A stretch of 63,964 nucleotides of DNA, counting the filler, from Corallochytrium limacisporum Hawaii (taxonomy: Eukaryota > Protista > Pluriformea): assembly GCA_002811645.1 (NCBI GenBank). It is 7 parts of 7 records of this genome, joined end to end, with 100 filler letters (N's around TTAATTAATTAA, not from the genome) between each part and the next. Parts side by side here need not be neighbours in the genome. Positions count along the whole stretch, not along the records: positions 1 to 19,629 come from PDIP01000113.1; 6 more parts are not named here. One strand, 5' to 3'. Below, in pieces: positions 1-10,071 of this stretch. The stretch's first letter is position 1, and every line of letters starts with the position of its first letter. The notes below the pieces were generated by a model, which worked only from the letters and a program-made list of their open reading frames with translations, did not search any database and was not told the DNA's origin. The position numbers and the translations under genes are program-made.

Positions 1-24
1 AACCCTAACCCTAACCTAACCTAA
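1..24 (+). repeat. Left telomeric repeat (CCCTAA units distal, CCTAA variants proximal)
   Basis: Sequence begins AACCCTAACCCTAACCTAACCTAA, with the C-rich strand at the 5' end as expected for a left chromosome end. Confidence 0.85.
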
Positions 25-98
25 TTCTAGTCTCAGTCGTCTGTTGTGATATTGGTCTCAATTTTCTATTGGGATACACAATGGCATAGGGTATTGTA

Positions 99-2246
99 TT
101 AGGATTCTGGCTCGTTATCGTATCCATAGCGAACTAGGTAGGAGTCAAGGTATCCCATGTTCTCAGGAAGCCACTTGTTGACGTTTTCAAAATCCTTTTT
201 ACGCTGCTTTTCACCCGAATGGTGAAGACCTTTCTCCATCCAATTGCTTGCCAACGTCAATTTGTCTGGTAGGTTGACATGAAGTGTGTATGCTGGTAGA
301 CTGTCGGTATAGTACAACCAGAATGTCTCCCAATTGTTTTCGGGGTGTTTTGATGTAAGCAGAAAGTTCTCCGTGATCGTACCTTTGACCAAGAAACGCT
401 TCCAATCCTTGTGTGCATACTGTAGCGCCCACATCTGATACTGGGAGGCACGGGCACTGAAGCCCCATGTCGCAAGAAGGCGAAAAAGGAAAGGCTTGTG
501 ATCATTAACTATTGCCTTTGATTTCATCGGTGGTGTGCCGCGGATCCATTGTCTCTGTAGAGCTACCTCACTTATTGCACGATTCCACCAATGGTACCGC
601 CACTGTACAGCGATCCAGCGCATGTACTGGTTACTGACCTCCATATCATCCTCAATAATCACCGTGATCTCATCCCAACCGCGCGGCGCCATATTGGCGT
701 AGGCCCAGGCGTTGACGACTCCACGATTCTCCTTAGCGATATCAGCTTGAAACTCTGTGAACACGGTCGGCAGAATCGCAGCACGTTCTTCCTCTGTTGT
801 TTCTAGTTGTGATTCACTCCATTCTTTCTGTAGCTGTGTGACATAATCCTTTACATCTTGCATTTTCTTCTTCGCATTCACCCATTGCGATTCTTGCGTA
901 TCCACACGGATAATCAAGCGTAAGTCGAGCACCAGGGACTCCGGATTAAAGTTCTGAGGGTTGCCCGTGGTTGTAACGCCCGTAAAGTTATAGTCTGCAG
1001 ATTTGATGCTTTTAACCAATCTCTTCAAGGACTCTACTCGGTCCATTGTTAATAGCACTATGGACGCCCTGACCACGTGTGATCCAGGATCGCATCGATT
1101 GCGTTCTCTTGCCAGCGTCCAAGGAGCCACCCCTCCCTCAGTTTCCTGCTGGGATGGCCGATATCCCACTACGGAGTGGATGGAATCACAGACAGTTAGG
1201 CCACTAATAGAGTCATGAATGCACCCTTTGCCATTTCCATGGTCAGAGGCGGACAACTCACTGGTGCAGAACGGATATGGCGCACCTGATTGATGCATTT
1301 GCAAATCATGGCACTTTTCGCTATCGGTTCCCAGGACACATGTCCATATGCTCTCTATCGTGGTATTCGCCCAAGCTAGACTCTCCGGTGTGTGACGGTG
1401 GAAAGACATTATCAATCGGTTCAGCCATATAGGTACCGTTGCATTGGAATCTGAAGTGTTCAGCTGGTCCAATCCAAGCATGTCCACATACATGAATCCC
1501 TCGCAATTCTGCTGTGATTCTGGGTCAGGATTGTTTCGGCCTGAGTAAGTGGACAAGTGAAGCTGGCTCTCTTTGCTCACTAGAACATTCTCTCCCAGTA
1601 GCGTAATCGGAAGCCCCTTGTTCAGCATGCTCTGCAGCAATGTTAAGCGCAATAATACTGTTTGCTCTTGAAGTACACTGTCTACAAGATTCAATACAGT
1701 CGGAGACGACAGTCCACATTCTGTAGTCCAAAACTCGATGGGTTCAACTTCGATATGGAACACTTTAAGGTCGGCATTGAATGCTCTGATCTCCTCCACT
1801 ACGGAAAGGTCGTCGGAAAAAAACAAAGTTCGAGACAAGGTAGATCCTGCCGTAGTGGCAAAGCAAATCCACTGCAACATTGCTTGTAAATTTCTTTCGT
1901 TGGCAACCTGTACAATAATTCCGTCCTTCTGTGCAGCTGGCAGCCTAGCCAAATTGTCCAGCGTTTCTTTCAGGCCAAATTCTTCGTCGTCAGCAAGGAC
2001 GTAGTCAACCGCACGGCGCACACTCCCTTTAATCTGCATCACAGTGTCGCCCTGTGGACCTAGTTTGCCGATGTCTTGTAATAGCACGTGTGGTTTACAG
2101 GATGACGGTGTGAACGTAAATGAAACGAATTTCAACTGTACTATGACCAAAGTCAACAAAGTTAGCATCAATGCTACTGTCACCGCGAACCCCCGGAACC
2201 CGACAGTTTTCGGGCAGAAATTCCGAAATGCGCGTGAGCTCTGCAT
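99..2246 (-). CDS. Type II membrane glycosyltransferase (C-terminal GT-A/GT2-like domain, possible degenerate second GT domain N-terminally), ~715 aa
   Basis: First ATG at 2246 (track start 2288 is GTG). N-terminal TM helix (FAVTVALMLTLLTLVIVQL), GT-A start IVLLTMDRVESLKRLVKSI, acidic motif IIEDDMEVS, later TWGF and EKGLHH motifs. Confidence 0.75.
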   Translation of the reverse strand: MQSSRAFRNFCPKTVGFRGFAVTVALMLTLLTLVIVQLKFVSFTFTPSSCKPHVLLQDIGKLGPQGDTVMQIKGSVRRAVDYVLADDEEFGLKETLDNLARLPAAQKDGIIVQVANERNLQAMLQWICFATTAGSTLSRTLFFSDDLSVVEEIRAFNADLKVFHIEVEPIEFWTTECGLSSPTVLNLVDSVLQEQTVLLRLTLLQSMLNKGLPITLLGENVLVSKESQLHLSTYSGRNNPDPESQQNCEGFMYVDMLGLDQLNTSDSNATVPIWLNRLIMSFHRHTPESLAWANTTIESIWTCVLGTDSEKCHDLQMHQSGAPYPFCTSELSASDHGNGKGCIHDSISGLTVCDSIHSVVGYRPSQQETEGGVAPWTLARERNRCDPGSHVVRASIVLLTMDRVESLKRLVKSIKSADYNFTGVTTTGNPQNFNPESLVLDLRLIIRVDTQESQWVNAKKKMQDVKDYVTQLQKEWSESQLETTEEERAAILPTVFTEFQADIAKENRGVVNAWAYANMAPRGWDEITVIIEDDMEVSNQYMRWIAVQWRYHWWNRAISEVALQRQWIRGTPPMKSKAIVNDHKPFLFRLLATWGFSARASQYQMWALQYAHKDWKRFLVKGTITENFLLTSKHPENNWETFWLYYTDSLPAYTLHVNLPDKLTLASNWMEKGLHHSGEKQRKKDFENVNKWLPENMGYLDSYLVRYGYDNEPES

Positions 2247-3256
2247 GATTTGCTTGGCACCAAGGCTGCGATGAGCATTTTCCTTCACCCCTGCCTCCTA
2301 TATGTGTACAGCTCAAGGGAGCGACCCGACTTTTTCTTGAGATTGTTTTCTTGATTCCAGTGTTGCCTGAGTTGTACCAACTGCTGTGAGCCCTAAGTCT
2401 CACAAATGAACGGGTTCGCTTAGGAGCACGCAGAAAGTCAGAGGTCACTGAGCAAGCTCCGCTCCATACTTGGTGGTCCACATACCGAGTCTAATCAATT
2501 GATCACATGAATTGAATCTGACTGCTAAATATCTGCAAAGGTGCCTGGAGTCAACATAGGCCAGTCTTCGGCGGGCAACGCCACCCTTGCTGGACGGGTT
2601 CCAGGTCTTCCCCTGCGGGCTGGTTCACAAAGGTCTTGGGGAACAAAGCCGTAGATAGGGGAAGATAATTGGTGGGTGGTGGGGACAGTGAGTATGAGGT
2701 TTGAACTAGGGGATCGCCTTCGGTTAGCTCCCCGCCACGTCAATTGACACTCGCCCAAAGAATATTCTCCTGCTAAAATTTACACCACATCCCTTCCAGT
2801 TCTTTCAGTATCTAAGAATATACTGTACTTTCATAAGATTGTTGTCGATTGATACTTTCTCTACTGCTATTGGAGTAGAGTATCAATCTGGCGGGATGTA
2901 CCAATACGTGTTGGCTGCCCCGCGCACATCACTAGTCCTGTTCCTTATGAAATTCATCTCGTATTTCACGCGCGTATCTCTCTCGCTCTGGCTCCAAACT
3001 TGCAATTTCAGCTTGTAACTACTTGCACTGGCGATTTCAATTCAAATTTATTTGATTGAAAAGTTTACGACCCCTAAGTCGCGGAACCACTTCCGTTTGG
3101 CACATCAGAGATGTGTAAAAGCTCTTAGGTTAGGTCTTGGTGAAAGACCAGGACGTTCAGTATGGATAGGGATGGTGGCAAAGCATCGACAGTGATGTGT
3201 GGGATTGATACCAACTTTGTTGTTTTCGGCACCACTGTGAGAACGAGGGCATTCGG

Positions 3257-4080
3257 TACCAACCTCTGGCCCGGCCCATAAGTTAAGGAGGAGTCTTTCT
3301 GCAAAACATGCACCGTAATTTAGGGGCGGGGATTTTTATTTTCATTCCTTTTCCCCACCATTCCCGGATGTGGAAAGTAGAACATAAAATCCAAACTTGT
3401 GATTCAAGGTTGCTTCAGTACTGCGTGTGACGATCAAGCTGAGGTTGCAGTGACGGCACTCTGACTAAGGGCTTCGGGCTCTCCTCATATTTCCTGTCGT
3501 AAATCATTGATACCGCCTTTCATGACATGTACGGTGCCTTGAAAACGGCAATTTCAGCTTGCTGACATCATGCCCCTGCTGCAAAGCTGCAACTTCAGCT
3601 TTCAGTTCCAGGATCTTTGCTAACGCGGTTTTGATCACAGCCTCAGAGACAACGAATAACTTCTCGAAAGTGCGGTCTCTCTTAGCCATATCCTTGCAGA
3701 GATGATGCATGCGGGGTAATGATATCGCACCCACTCTCCATTACAACCCCTAGATTGAGACCAACGGTATCAAAGCCCTTGTCTATACCACTGCGGTTGT
3801 ATTCTTCCCAATCCTTTGCGGTGTTCTCAACAGCATCCTCGAAAGTTGCTGCATATGGTCTATTCCGATTGGCGTCGAGGTTTCTGAAAACACCATTGTC
3901 CAGTACATCCATGTCTAGACTACATGCTGGGTGATTCGCGAATACTATTTCCAGACTACGCACTGTTCTCGCCCACAACAGAGCACACACAACACTATTA
4001 TCTGTTTCAACCCTTCAATGCGAGGGATGCATTGTCATGAACGATCCTGATTTTCCGACCGCTCTGCCAATCCATTCGCC
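3257..4080 (-). mobile_element. Truncated, decayed Tc1/mariner (DD39D/Stowaway-related) DNA transposon: one TIR plus transposase C-terminal remnant
   Basis: Minus-strand fragments KIRIVHDNAS(PH) and HPACSLDMDVLDNGVFRNL...GIDKGFDTV...LPRMH resemble the QQDNAxPH, QPPNSPDLNVLDLGFF and YKLPH motifs, broken by stops and frameshifts. Terminus TA-CCAACCTCTG..CCCATAAGTTAAG at 3257 has a homologue at 37741. Confidence 0.7.
3504..4075 (-). pseudogene. Mariner-type DDD transposase pseudogene fragment
   Basis: Second and third catalytic Asp motifs lie in different frames (track ORFs 3682..3990 and 3504..3734 plus an upstream frame). N-terminal half not seen. Confidence 0.65.
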
Positions 4081-4238
4081 ACTGCGCCACAGTAGTCGGA
4101 ATTCGTATTTCGCTCATGTGGTTGGCATACAGATTCTTGTTTATGTTACCAGCGTGATTATGTTGCTTGCGTATATGAAGATTTCATAGTGTACATAGAT
4201 GCCACCAACAATACTTTGGTTTCTCGGCGATGAGCAAA

Positions 4239-4658
4239 CTACAACCATTTACTTGGATCAGTAGGATGGTTGGCACGATCAGCGCAGATGCCAGTAGACA
4301 AATACAATACAGGTGAGCACCAACCGCCTCTGCATTGGCGGTCATAATAGCATCGCTCCCCATCCTCGAAGAGGTCTATGGCCGGGTTGGGAGTGCATAC
4401 AGAGTTCCAACAGTACAAAGACCAGCAGTCAGTGTTCATGCTACAAGGAGCATTAGTACGACGGGGAACGTCCGTGGGTTTATTGTTGAACCCTGTGCAG
4501 ACACCACCACGATCGTTATGAATTCCCATGCTACATGGGTTGTAGTTGCAACACTCATTACTGGTAGAGCATGCTTCACCTGCCTGTTTACAGTGATTGT
4601 CCGAAGCAGTTACGAAACCCACCAGGGCAGCGAGAGCAACAGCGGAGAAAGCCTTCAT
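4239..4658 (-). CDS. Small secreted cysteine-rich protein (139 aa, 14 Cys, three Cys modules; knottin/Dickkopf-N-like spacing)
   Basis: ATG at 4658 gives signal peptide MKAFSAVALAALVGFVTA. Modules: CKQAGEACSTSNECC, PCSMNTDCWSLYCWNSVC, GERCYYDRQCRGGWC. Confidence 0.75.
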   Translation of the reverse strand: MKAFSAVALAALVGFVTASDNHCKQAGEACSTSNECCNYNPCSMGIHNDRGGVCTGFNNKPTDVPRRTNAPCSMNTDCWSLYCWNSVCTPNPAIDLFEDGERCYYDRQCRGGWCSPVLYLSTGICADRANHPTDPSKWL

Positions 4659-6147
4659 TCTGGAGAAAAATATGGATTCGTTCAGTTGAATCGTGGATCC
4701 TGTGAAAATTGAGTAGGATCTTATGCTTTGATTATAGGATACATCTTTCATGGAGTTTATTGAGACAATCTGATCTTTCATACCTGGTAGCAAAATAGGC
4801 TACGTGTTTGTGGATTGAAGAACCACGATGATGTGGCGGTAGGCTGCGGAGCTGCCGGGTAATAGCTCTCAAGCTCTCTTTTCTCTTCCGTCCACTCATA
4901 AGATCGAGACGGTACTAGTTTCTATTGGAGTCCGTACGATCATCAACTGACCAAAGTTCATTCCCCTTGGGGCGAGTTTCCCTCTCTGATATGCTAAATC
5001 TGGTATCGTCGGTTGCGTACGAGAGGACATTTGCTGTGGGTCCGCCCTTCCACGTAACGCAGGTTTCGCGCGGGACTCCGTGGTTTGGTAAAAGACTCAC
5101 CAAAGCACATTGCCATGGAGTATAAGAATCGATTAGCCAAAGCCGCCTTTGGCTGGCTTCGCCACTCTACCATGGGGTTGCGAGGGTGTTACAACCCATC
5201 CGTGTTCGCTGACAAGTTCGCTGGGTTGTGACGTCACATTGGTGTCCGGTACCTTCATTTTGTGTGTTCTTCTACGGGAGGTATCTGAGGCAACTGCGGC
5301 CTGGAGCACATGCAAGAGTCCGCCCTTTCCACACTGCTTCAGTCTGTTATGGCTTTAAGACACCTACTACTGGCACTCGTAGCTTTGGTTCAACCGCGGT
5401 CATTTTACAGGTTGCAACCAACGATTGCGGTACAATGCCTGTCACTGCAAGTAGTAAAAAAATGGACGTTGTTGATGAGTGGGAATTTTTTTTTCTCTGC
5501 TGACATAATTCATGTGGTCACAAGCGACTCCCATACTGTGTAGATAGTGGTGCAGAGTTTCGATGTCCACATTGTTTGATTTGAGGGACACTACACCATA
5601 TGGTCTTAGCAAAAAAGAAGGGCAATGTAATTTGCATAGAGTGCATGTAATCGCAAGAGAACAAGGCGGGCAGTTTTACGGAGTTTAGAACCCCGCGAAC
5701 ATGTCCTGCTTGGATATCATCGTACCAGTGGAGTTCATGATCTGCTGTGTCGTATACTTTTCAGACTAATGCCTTCTACATCTTATCTGGGATGCCAGTA
5801 ACACTTGCCGTCACCAAACCTGCCGGGTTCGCCATTTTTGTTCCGTCTTTGTGGCCTCCCTTCGCATATCGTGTGACTGCAGAGCTGTCCTGTCCATCAT
5901 AGAGTATAGAAATGTAGGTGTGCATCGGCCAGTGATGGGCTGCACTCACGACACGACGAGAAGCCTTGGGTCGTGTGTGTCATGCAATAAACCGGGGCTC
6001 TTTACCCATACATGACCAAGTGTCATGCAAGCAGTGTGCATCTGCTTCGCCGCCATCGCTACCTGATTTATGACTTCTCATTGCTCTTTTATTACAAGGA
6101 CATCAGGCCCAGTGTCAACTCCGATTCCAAGCGCCGAAGAGGCAGTG

Positions 6148-7638
6148 TCAGGCGGCGGCACCGGGTTGGGCAAAGAGGGCAGGGTTTTGATCTTTGCGGT
6201 GTTGGATTGGTATAGGCACCTCAATTTGACGCTCATCCCCAGTGTCACCAGCGGCCGCAATAATGGCGGCAATCGTTGCATTTAGATGCGCTCGAAGCTG
6301 TCGTGCCGCACTGAAAGGCATGTCCCGGGGAGTATTCACGCGGTCGCGCGTGAAAGCAATGGCAAAAGCCACAGCGCGCACGTTCTGTTTGTTGGTATCT
6401 GCATTGGTCACGTAGTTCTGTAGGTCGCCTTCCAGCTGCACAGACGAGGGCAGCTCCTGCTGCTGCGCGCTTGCACTGGCCGTTGCGAGCAGACCACCGA
6501 CGGCGGACATGAAGGACATCTCAATTGCCTTACAGACCTCGTTCTGACCGACCTGATCCTGCGACGTTATGGTGGGAAGCACCGTGTCCAGCGCGTGGGC
6601 ACTGGCTTGTGAACCATGGAGAGCCGTTCTCAGCGCGGCCTGCAGACAGTCACGGACTGTTTCCTCAGGCTTACCGTACGGTGCTGGCTCAACTTCATCG
6701 ACTTTGCTCAGATCGCCGTGTGTCAGCGGCTTCAGCGGCAGCTGCCATGCACCATCTGCTTTACCGTCGATAGACGCTGCTGCTGCTTTCTGGGCTTCGG
6801 TACCATTGGCAATGCACTGGCCCAGCTGAGGAGGCAGATCGTGAACGTGGGTGTGGTAGTCGCTCATGATTCCCTGGTAGGTCGGGCGCGTTTCCATGGC
6901 GCAGAACCACGCGTTGATGTGCTCCCATTCACCACCACGAACCCGAAAGCCCTTATAGTACATAAGAGATGCGGCAATGCGTTCCAACATCGGGGCATAG
7001 ACGCAGTCCACCATGGTCAGTTGTTGTCCCAGGAAGTAGGGGCCTTGACTGAAGAGGTTGAGGGCACGATCTACCTCACCCATGACCTCACGGAAGCGCA
7101 CGGATCGTTCCTGGTCGTCTCCAGGACGGCAGAGCCAGTCTAACCATGCATTGAACATGATCCGTTCCAGCTTGAGCAGACCCTCAACCGTATCCCGAGC
7201 CTCCGTGCCCTGTTTCGGTAGCAATGACTTCTCGGGGAAGGTCTCTTCTAGCTTCACCATAATCGTGTCAGATTCCCGAATGATCTCACCATCAAGCTCC
7301 AGCAGCGGTAGCATACCGGAAGGCTGTTTCTTCATAAATTCATCCGGTTTAGATCCATAACAGCGCATATTCACCTTGCGAATGCGGTATGGGATCTGCA
7401 TTTCTTCCAACTGCAACCAAACCCGCTCACAATACGGGCACCATGCGTGGTTATCCCGCCACAGCGTAACACGAACCTCTGATTCGGGCTGGCCAAACAG
7501 GCGCAATGTGGCTTGGCTGTTTGTCGGTCCATTGGTCCGATCAGGCTCGATCACATTCTGCATGCTCACTGAAGCAATTGCTTCACGCACCTTGTCCTGC
7601 ACATTGGTCCAGACCTGTGCCATGGGAGTGACTGCCAT
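6148..7638 (-). CDS. Glutathione S-transferase family protein, CPYC active site (cyanobacterial/algal-type, extended C-terminus)
   Basis: RVTLWRDNHAWCPYCERVWLQLEEMQIPY, PSGMLPLLELDGEIIRESD, GPYFLG..TMVD, SDYHTHVHDLPPQLG. Likely start ATG 7638; upstream in-frame ATG at 7773. Confidence 0.85.
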   Translation of the reverse strand: MAVTPMAQVWTNVQDKVREAIASVSMQNVIEPDRTNGPTNSQATLRLFGQPESEVRVTLWRDNHAWCPYCERVWLQLEEMQIPYRIRKVNMRCYGSKPDEFMKKQPSGMLPLLELDGEIIRESDTIMVKLEETFPEKSLLPKQGTEARDTVEGLLKLERIMFNAWLDWLCRPGDDQERSVRFREVMGEVDRALNLFSQGPYFLGQQLTMVDCVYAPMLERIAASLMYYKGFRVRGGEWEHINAWFCAMETRPTYQGIMSDYHTHVHDLPPQLGQCIANGTEAQKAAAASIDGKADGAWQLPLKPLTHGDLSKVDEVEPAPYGKPEETVRDCLQAALRTALHGSQASAHALDTVLPTITSQDQVGQNEVCKAIEMSFMSAVGGLLATASASAQQQELPSSVQLEGDLQNYVTNADTNKQNVRAVAFAIAFTRDRVNTPRDMPFSAARQLRAHLNATIAAIIAAAGDTGDERQIEVPIPIQHRKDQNPALFAQPGAAA

Positions 7639-8645
7639 GTTGTTAAAATAGGCGCACGTCAATAACCTTGCTCCCTCCTGCGATGAATCAAGCAATGCTG
7701 TTGAATAGGCCCATGTAATGGTCACCGACAAATTGTGGAAATGCCTCACTTGGTCTCTCCGGCGAAACTTCATTGCTGCGAGAGCTAACTTTCATCTGAT
7801 TCAGGTCTATTCCTAAAGAACCTTTGTGGACCGAGGACCAGGTGAAACGAGTCACACATAAACCACATTCTCCGTGCCCCCATGACACTCCGTACCGAAT
7901 TTGAATAATCTGGCTGATTTGACACACAAAAAGGAAGCTGTGGAAAGTGACCAGCACTCCCACTATACACCAGCCTAAACACACTACCTGTAGCGTCCAA
8001 GCTTGATTTGGGGACCTGCAGTATTGTGGTGCCAAACCGCATCATTTGCTGCTGAAAGATGGAAGCCACTTGGTCACTAACCGCGCCCGCGATGGAGGGC
8101 CGGGGGAAGAAAACAATGCGAGTGTGATGGCATTGCGAAAAGAAACAGAAAAATGAAAAAAGAAAAGATAGAGACTGGAGACTGGAGGAAGACAGGGTGC
8201 TCCACTGTTGCCAAGGTCTCCCCCGGCCTCCCCGTCTAATCCGTTCTGCCTGCGCGCTCCACGGGGGCTTTTTGCTTTGCCCGACACTGGACTGACTGTG
8301 CTCGACAGGATTCCATCGAGCCAGACCCTTTGGGAAACAGGCACCCATGGGTACCACGCGTCTCTCATGGTCGATTCCCCACTCTCATTCCCCCCCTTTT
8401 TATTTTACTTTTTTGCTTAGTAGTATCACCCACCCACCACAATTTCTTCGGCTCCAAATTGGGCCGCGTTGTGCGTCCCTTGCGATTTGCTTTTCATATT
8501 TTCGGTGTGGTCTGTTATGGAGACCAGAGAGACGGACACAACCAAAACGAAAAAGAGAGACGAATTTCCTCCCGGAATTTGGCTGCGGCGGGGGCTATTC
8601 TATACCCAGCGTTGGCACGAAGAACGAGCCACTTAAAACTTTCGT

Positions 8646-8647
<2 letters not shown>

Positions 8648-8683
<36 letters not shown>
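8648..8683. repeat. (GT)n microsatellite
   Basis: About 18 GT units read directly. Confidence 0.95.
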
Positions 8684-8686
<3 letters not shown>

Positions 8687-9035
8687 GCAGTGTCAACGGC
8701 GGAGGGCAAAGCAGAGGCGGACGGGCGCTGTAGTGGGCAAATGATACTTTCTCAAGGAACGGTGGAGTTGACGAGCGTTTCATTTGTGTTTCGCCCGTTG
8801 TTTTCAACCAACAAAAAAATAAGTAGTGGTACCACGGTAGAAAAGTAAAAAAAAGCCTCGGTGGTGTGCTGTGGCAAGGCATGCCAAAGTGGAGCTGAAT
8901 TCCCCCCCCCCTCCTCTTCCCCTACTACCTGGCTTTTCTTTTTCTTGTCCTGGGACCTGGTTCCGCTACCGATGTTTTTGGTTCTGGGCCGGATTGGCTG
9001 TACTGCTTCTGCTGGCTTTTTTTTTCTATATTCCC

Positions 9036-9251
9036 NNNNNNNNNNNNNNNNNNNNNNNNNNNNNNNNNNNNNNNNNNNNNNNNNNNNNNNNNNNNNNNNN
9101 NNNNNNNNNNNNNNNNNNNNNNNNNNNNNNNNNNNNNNNNNNNNNNNNNNNNNNNNNNNNNNNNNNNNNNNNNNNNNNNNNNNNNNNNNNNNNNNNNNNN
9201 NNNNNNNNNNNNNNNNNNNNNNNNNNNNNNNNNNNNNNNNNNNNNNNNNNN
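9036..9251. other. Assembly gap (216 N)
   Basis: N run flanked by C tracts. Confidence 0.99.
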
Positions 9252-10071
9252 CCCCCTCCCCTTTTTTTTCAACCGTTCTTCTCGTCTCTCCCCTGCCGGC
9301 TCCCTCTCCGCGCGCGTCTCCCTTCGCTTGCGGTGCTTCCAGCGTCCTCTCCCTGTCCCTCCCACCGCCGCCCCGGAGGGGGAGGGCGCGGAGCCCCGGA
9401 CCAACCCCCCCTCTTTGCCCAAACTTGGTGCGCTGGAGGAGTGAACTGTGCAAAGGACGTTGGCTCAACGGTTTACGCAGCGGTGGATACGTCTCGTGAA
9501 CCTTTGTCACGCGGAACAAGTGCGCCGTTCTCAATCGTATTGCGCGTTGTGATGCATATTCAAGGGAACCAAGCGTGGACGCACAAATAGTTGAGGCTTG
9601 GAATCGGGTACTGTAGATTGCATACCGCATCACCCTTGGCTACGGATAATATCATGAATGGACATGGGCTGGGCATGGCCAGTGGTGATCGCGCAATAGG
9701 GTTTATTTATGGCACGGAGGGACCCCCACCCTTTTACTTCCTGTGATTGCCGTGAGTGTGGGATTCAAAATCGTATCGTTACACGACCGCACGGTGGCCG
9801 GTGACGTCGTAGGATGTGCTGCACAGTTTGGCTGCGTCCGCAGAGCCCTCAGGTCGATAGTCCGTATGGGACGGAAGACGGCGCTGCAGGCGACTCATGG
9901 TACTGTTTATGAATACACCTCGTATCATCACGGCATACAAAACAATGAAATGAACACCTAGCTGTAGTGGGTGCAGTACGTGGCTTGCTGTCCGGCGCGC
10001 ACAGTCAGCAGAGATGTGACGTCTATGTTTTTAATAAGAGCAGAGATATTGCATGAGTGCTGCAGATTTGC

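Noticed and set aside
5685-6002. AGAACCCCG ... CGGGGCTCT as an RNase MRP P4 pairing
   Set aside because: The 5' strand lacks the GAAAGUCCCC consensus; would need an Infernal/Rfam hit.
9478-9500. AGCGGTGGATAC..CTCGTG resembling the 5' end of 5.8S rRNA
   Set aside because: Similarity is under ~20 nt; downstream GATGAAGAACGCAGC and any rDNA context are absent.
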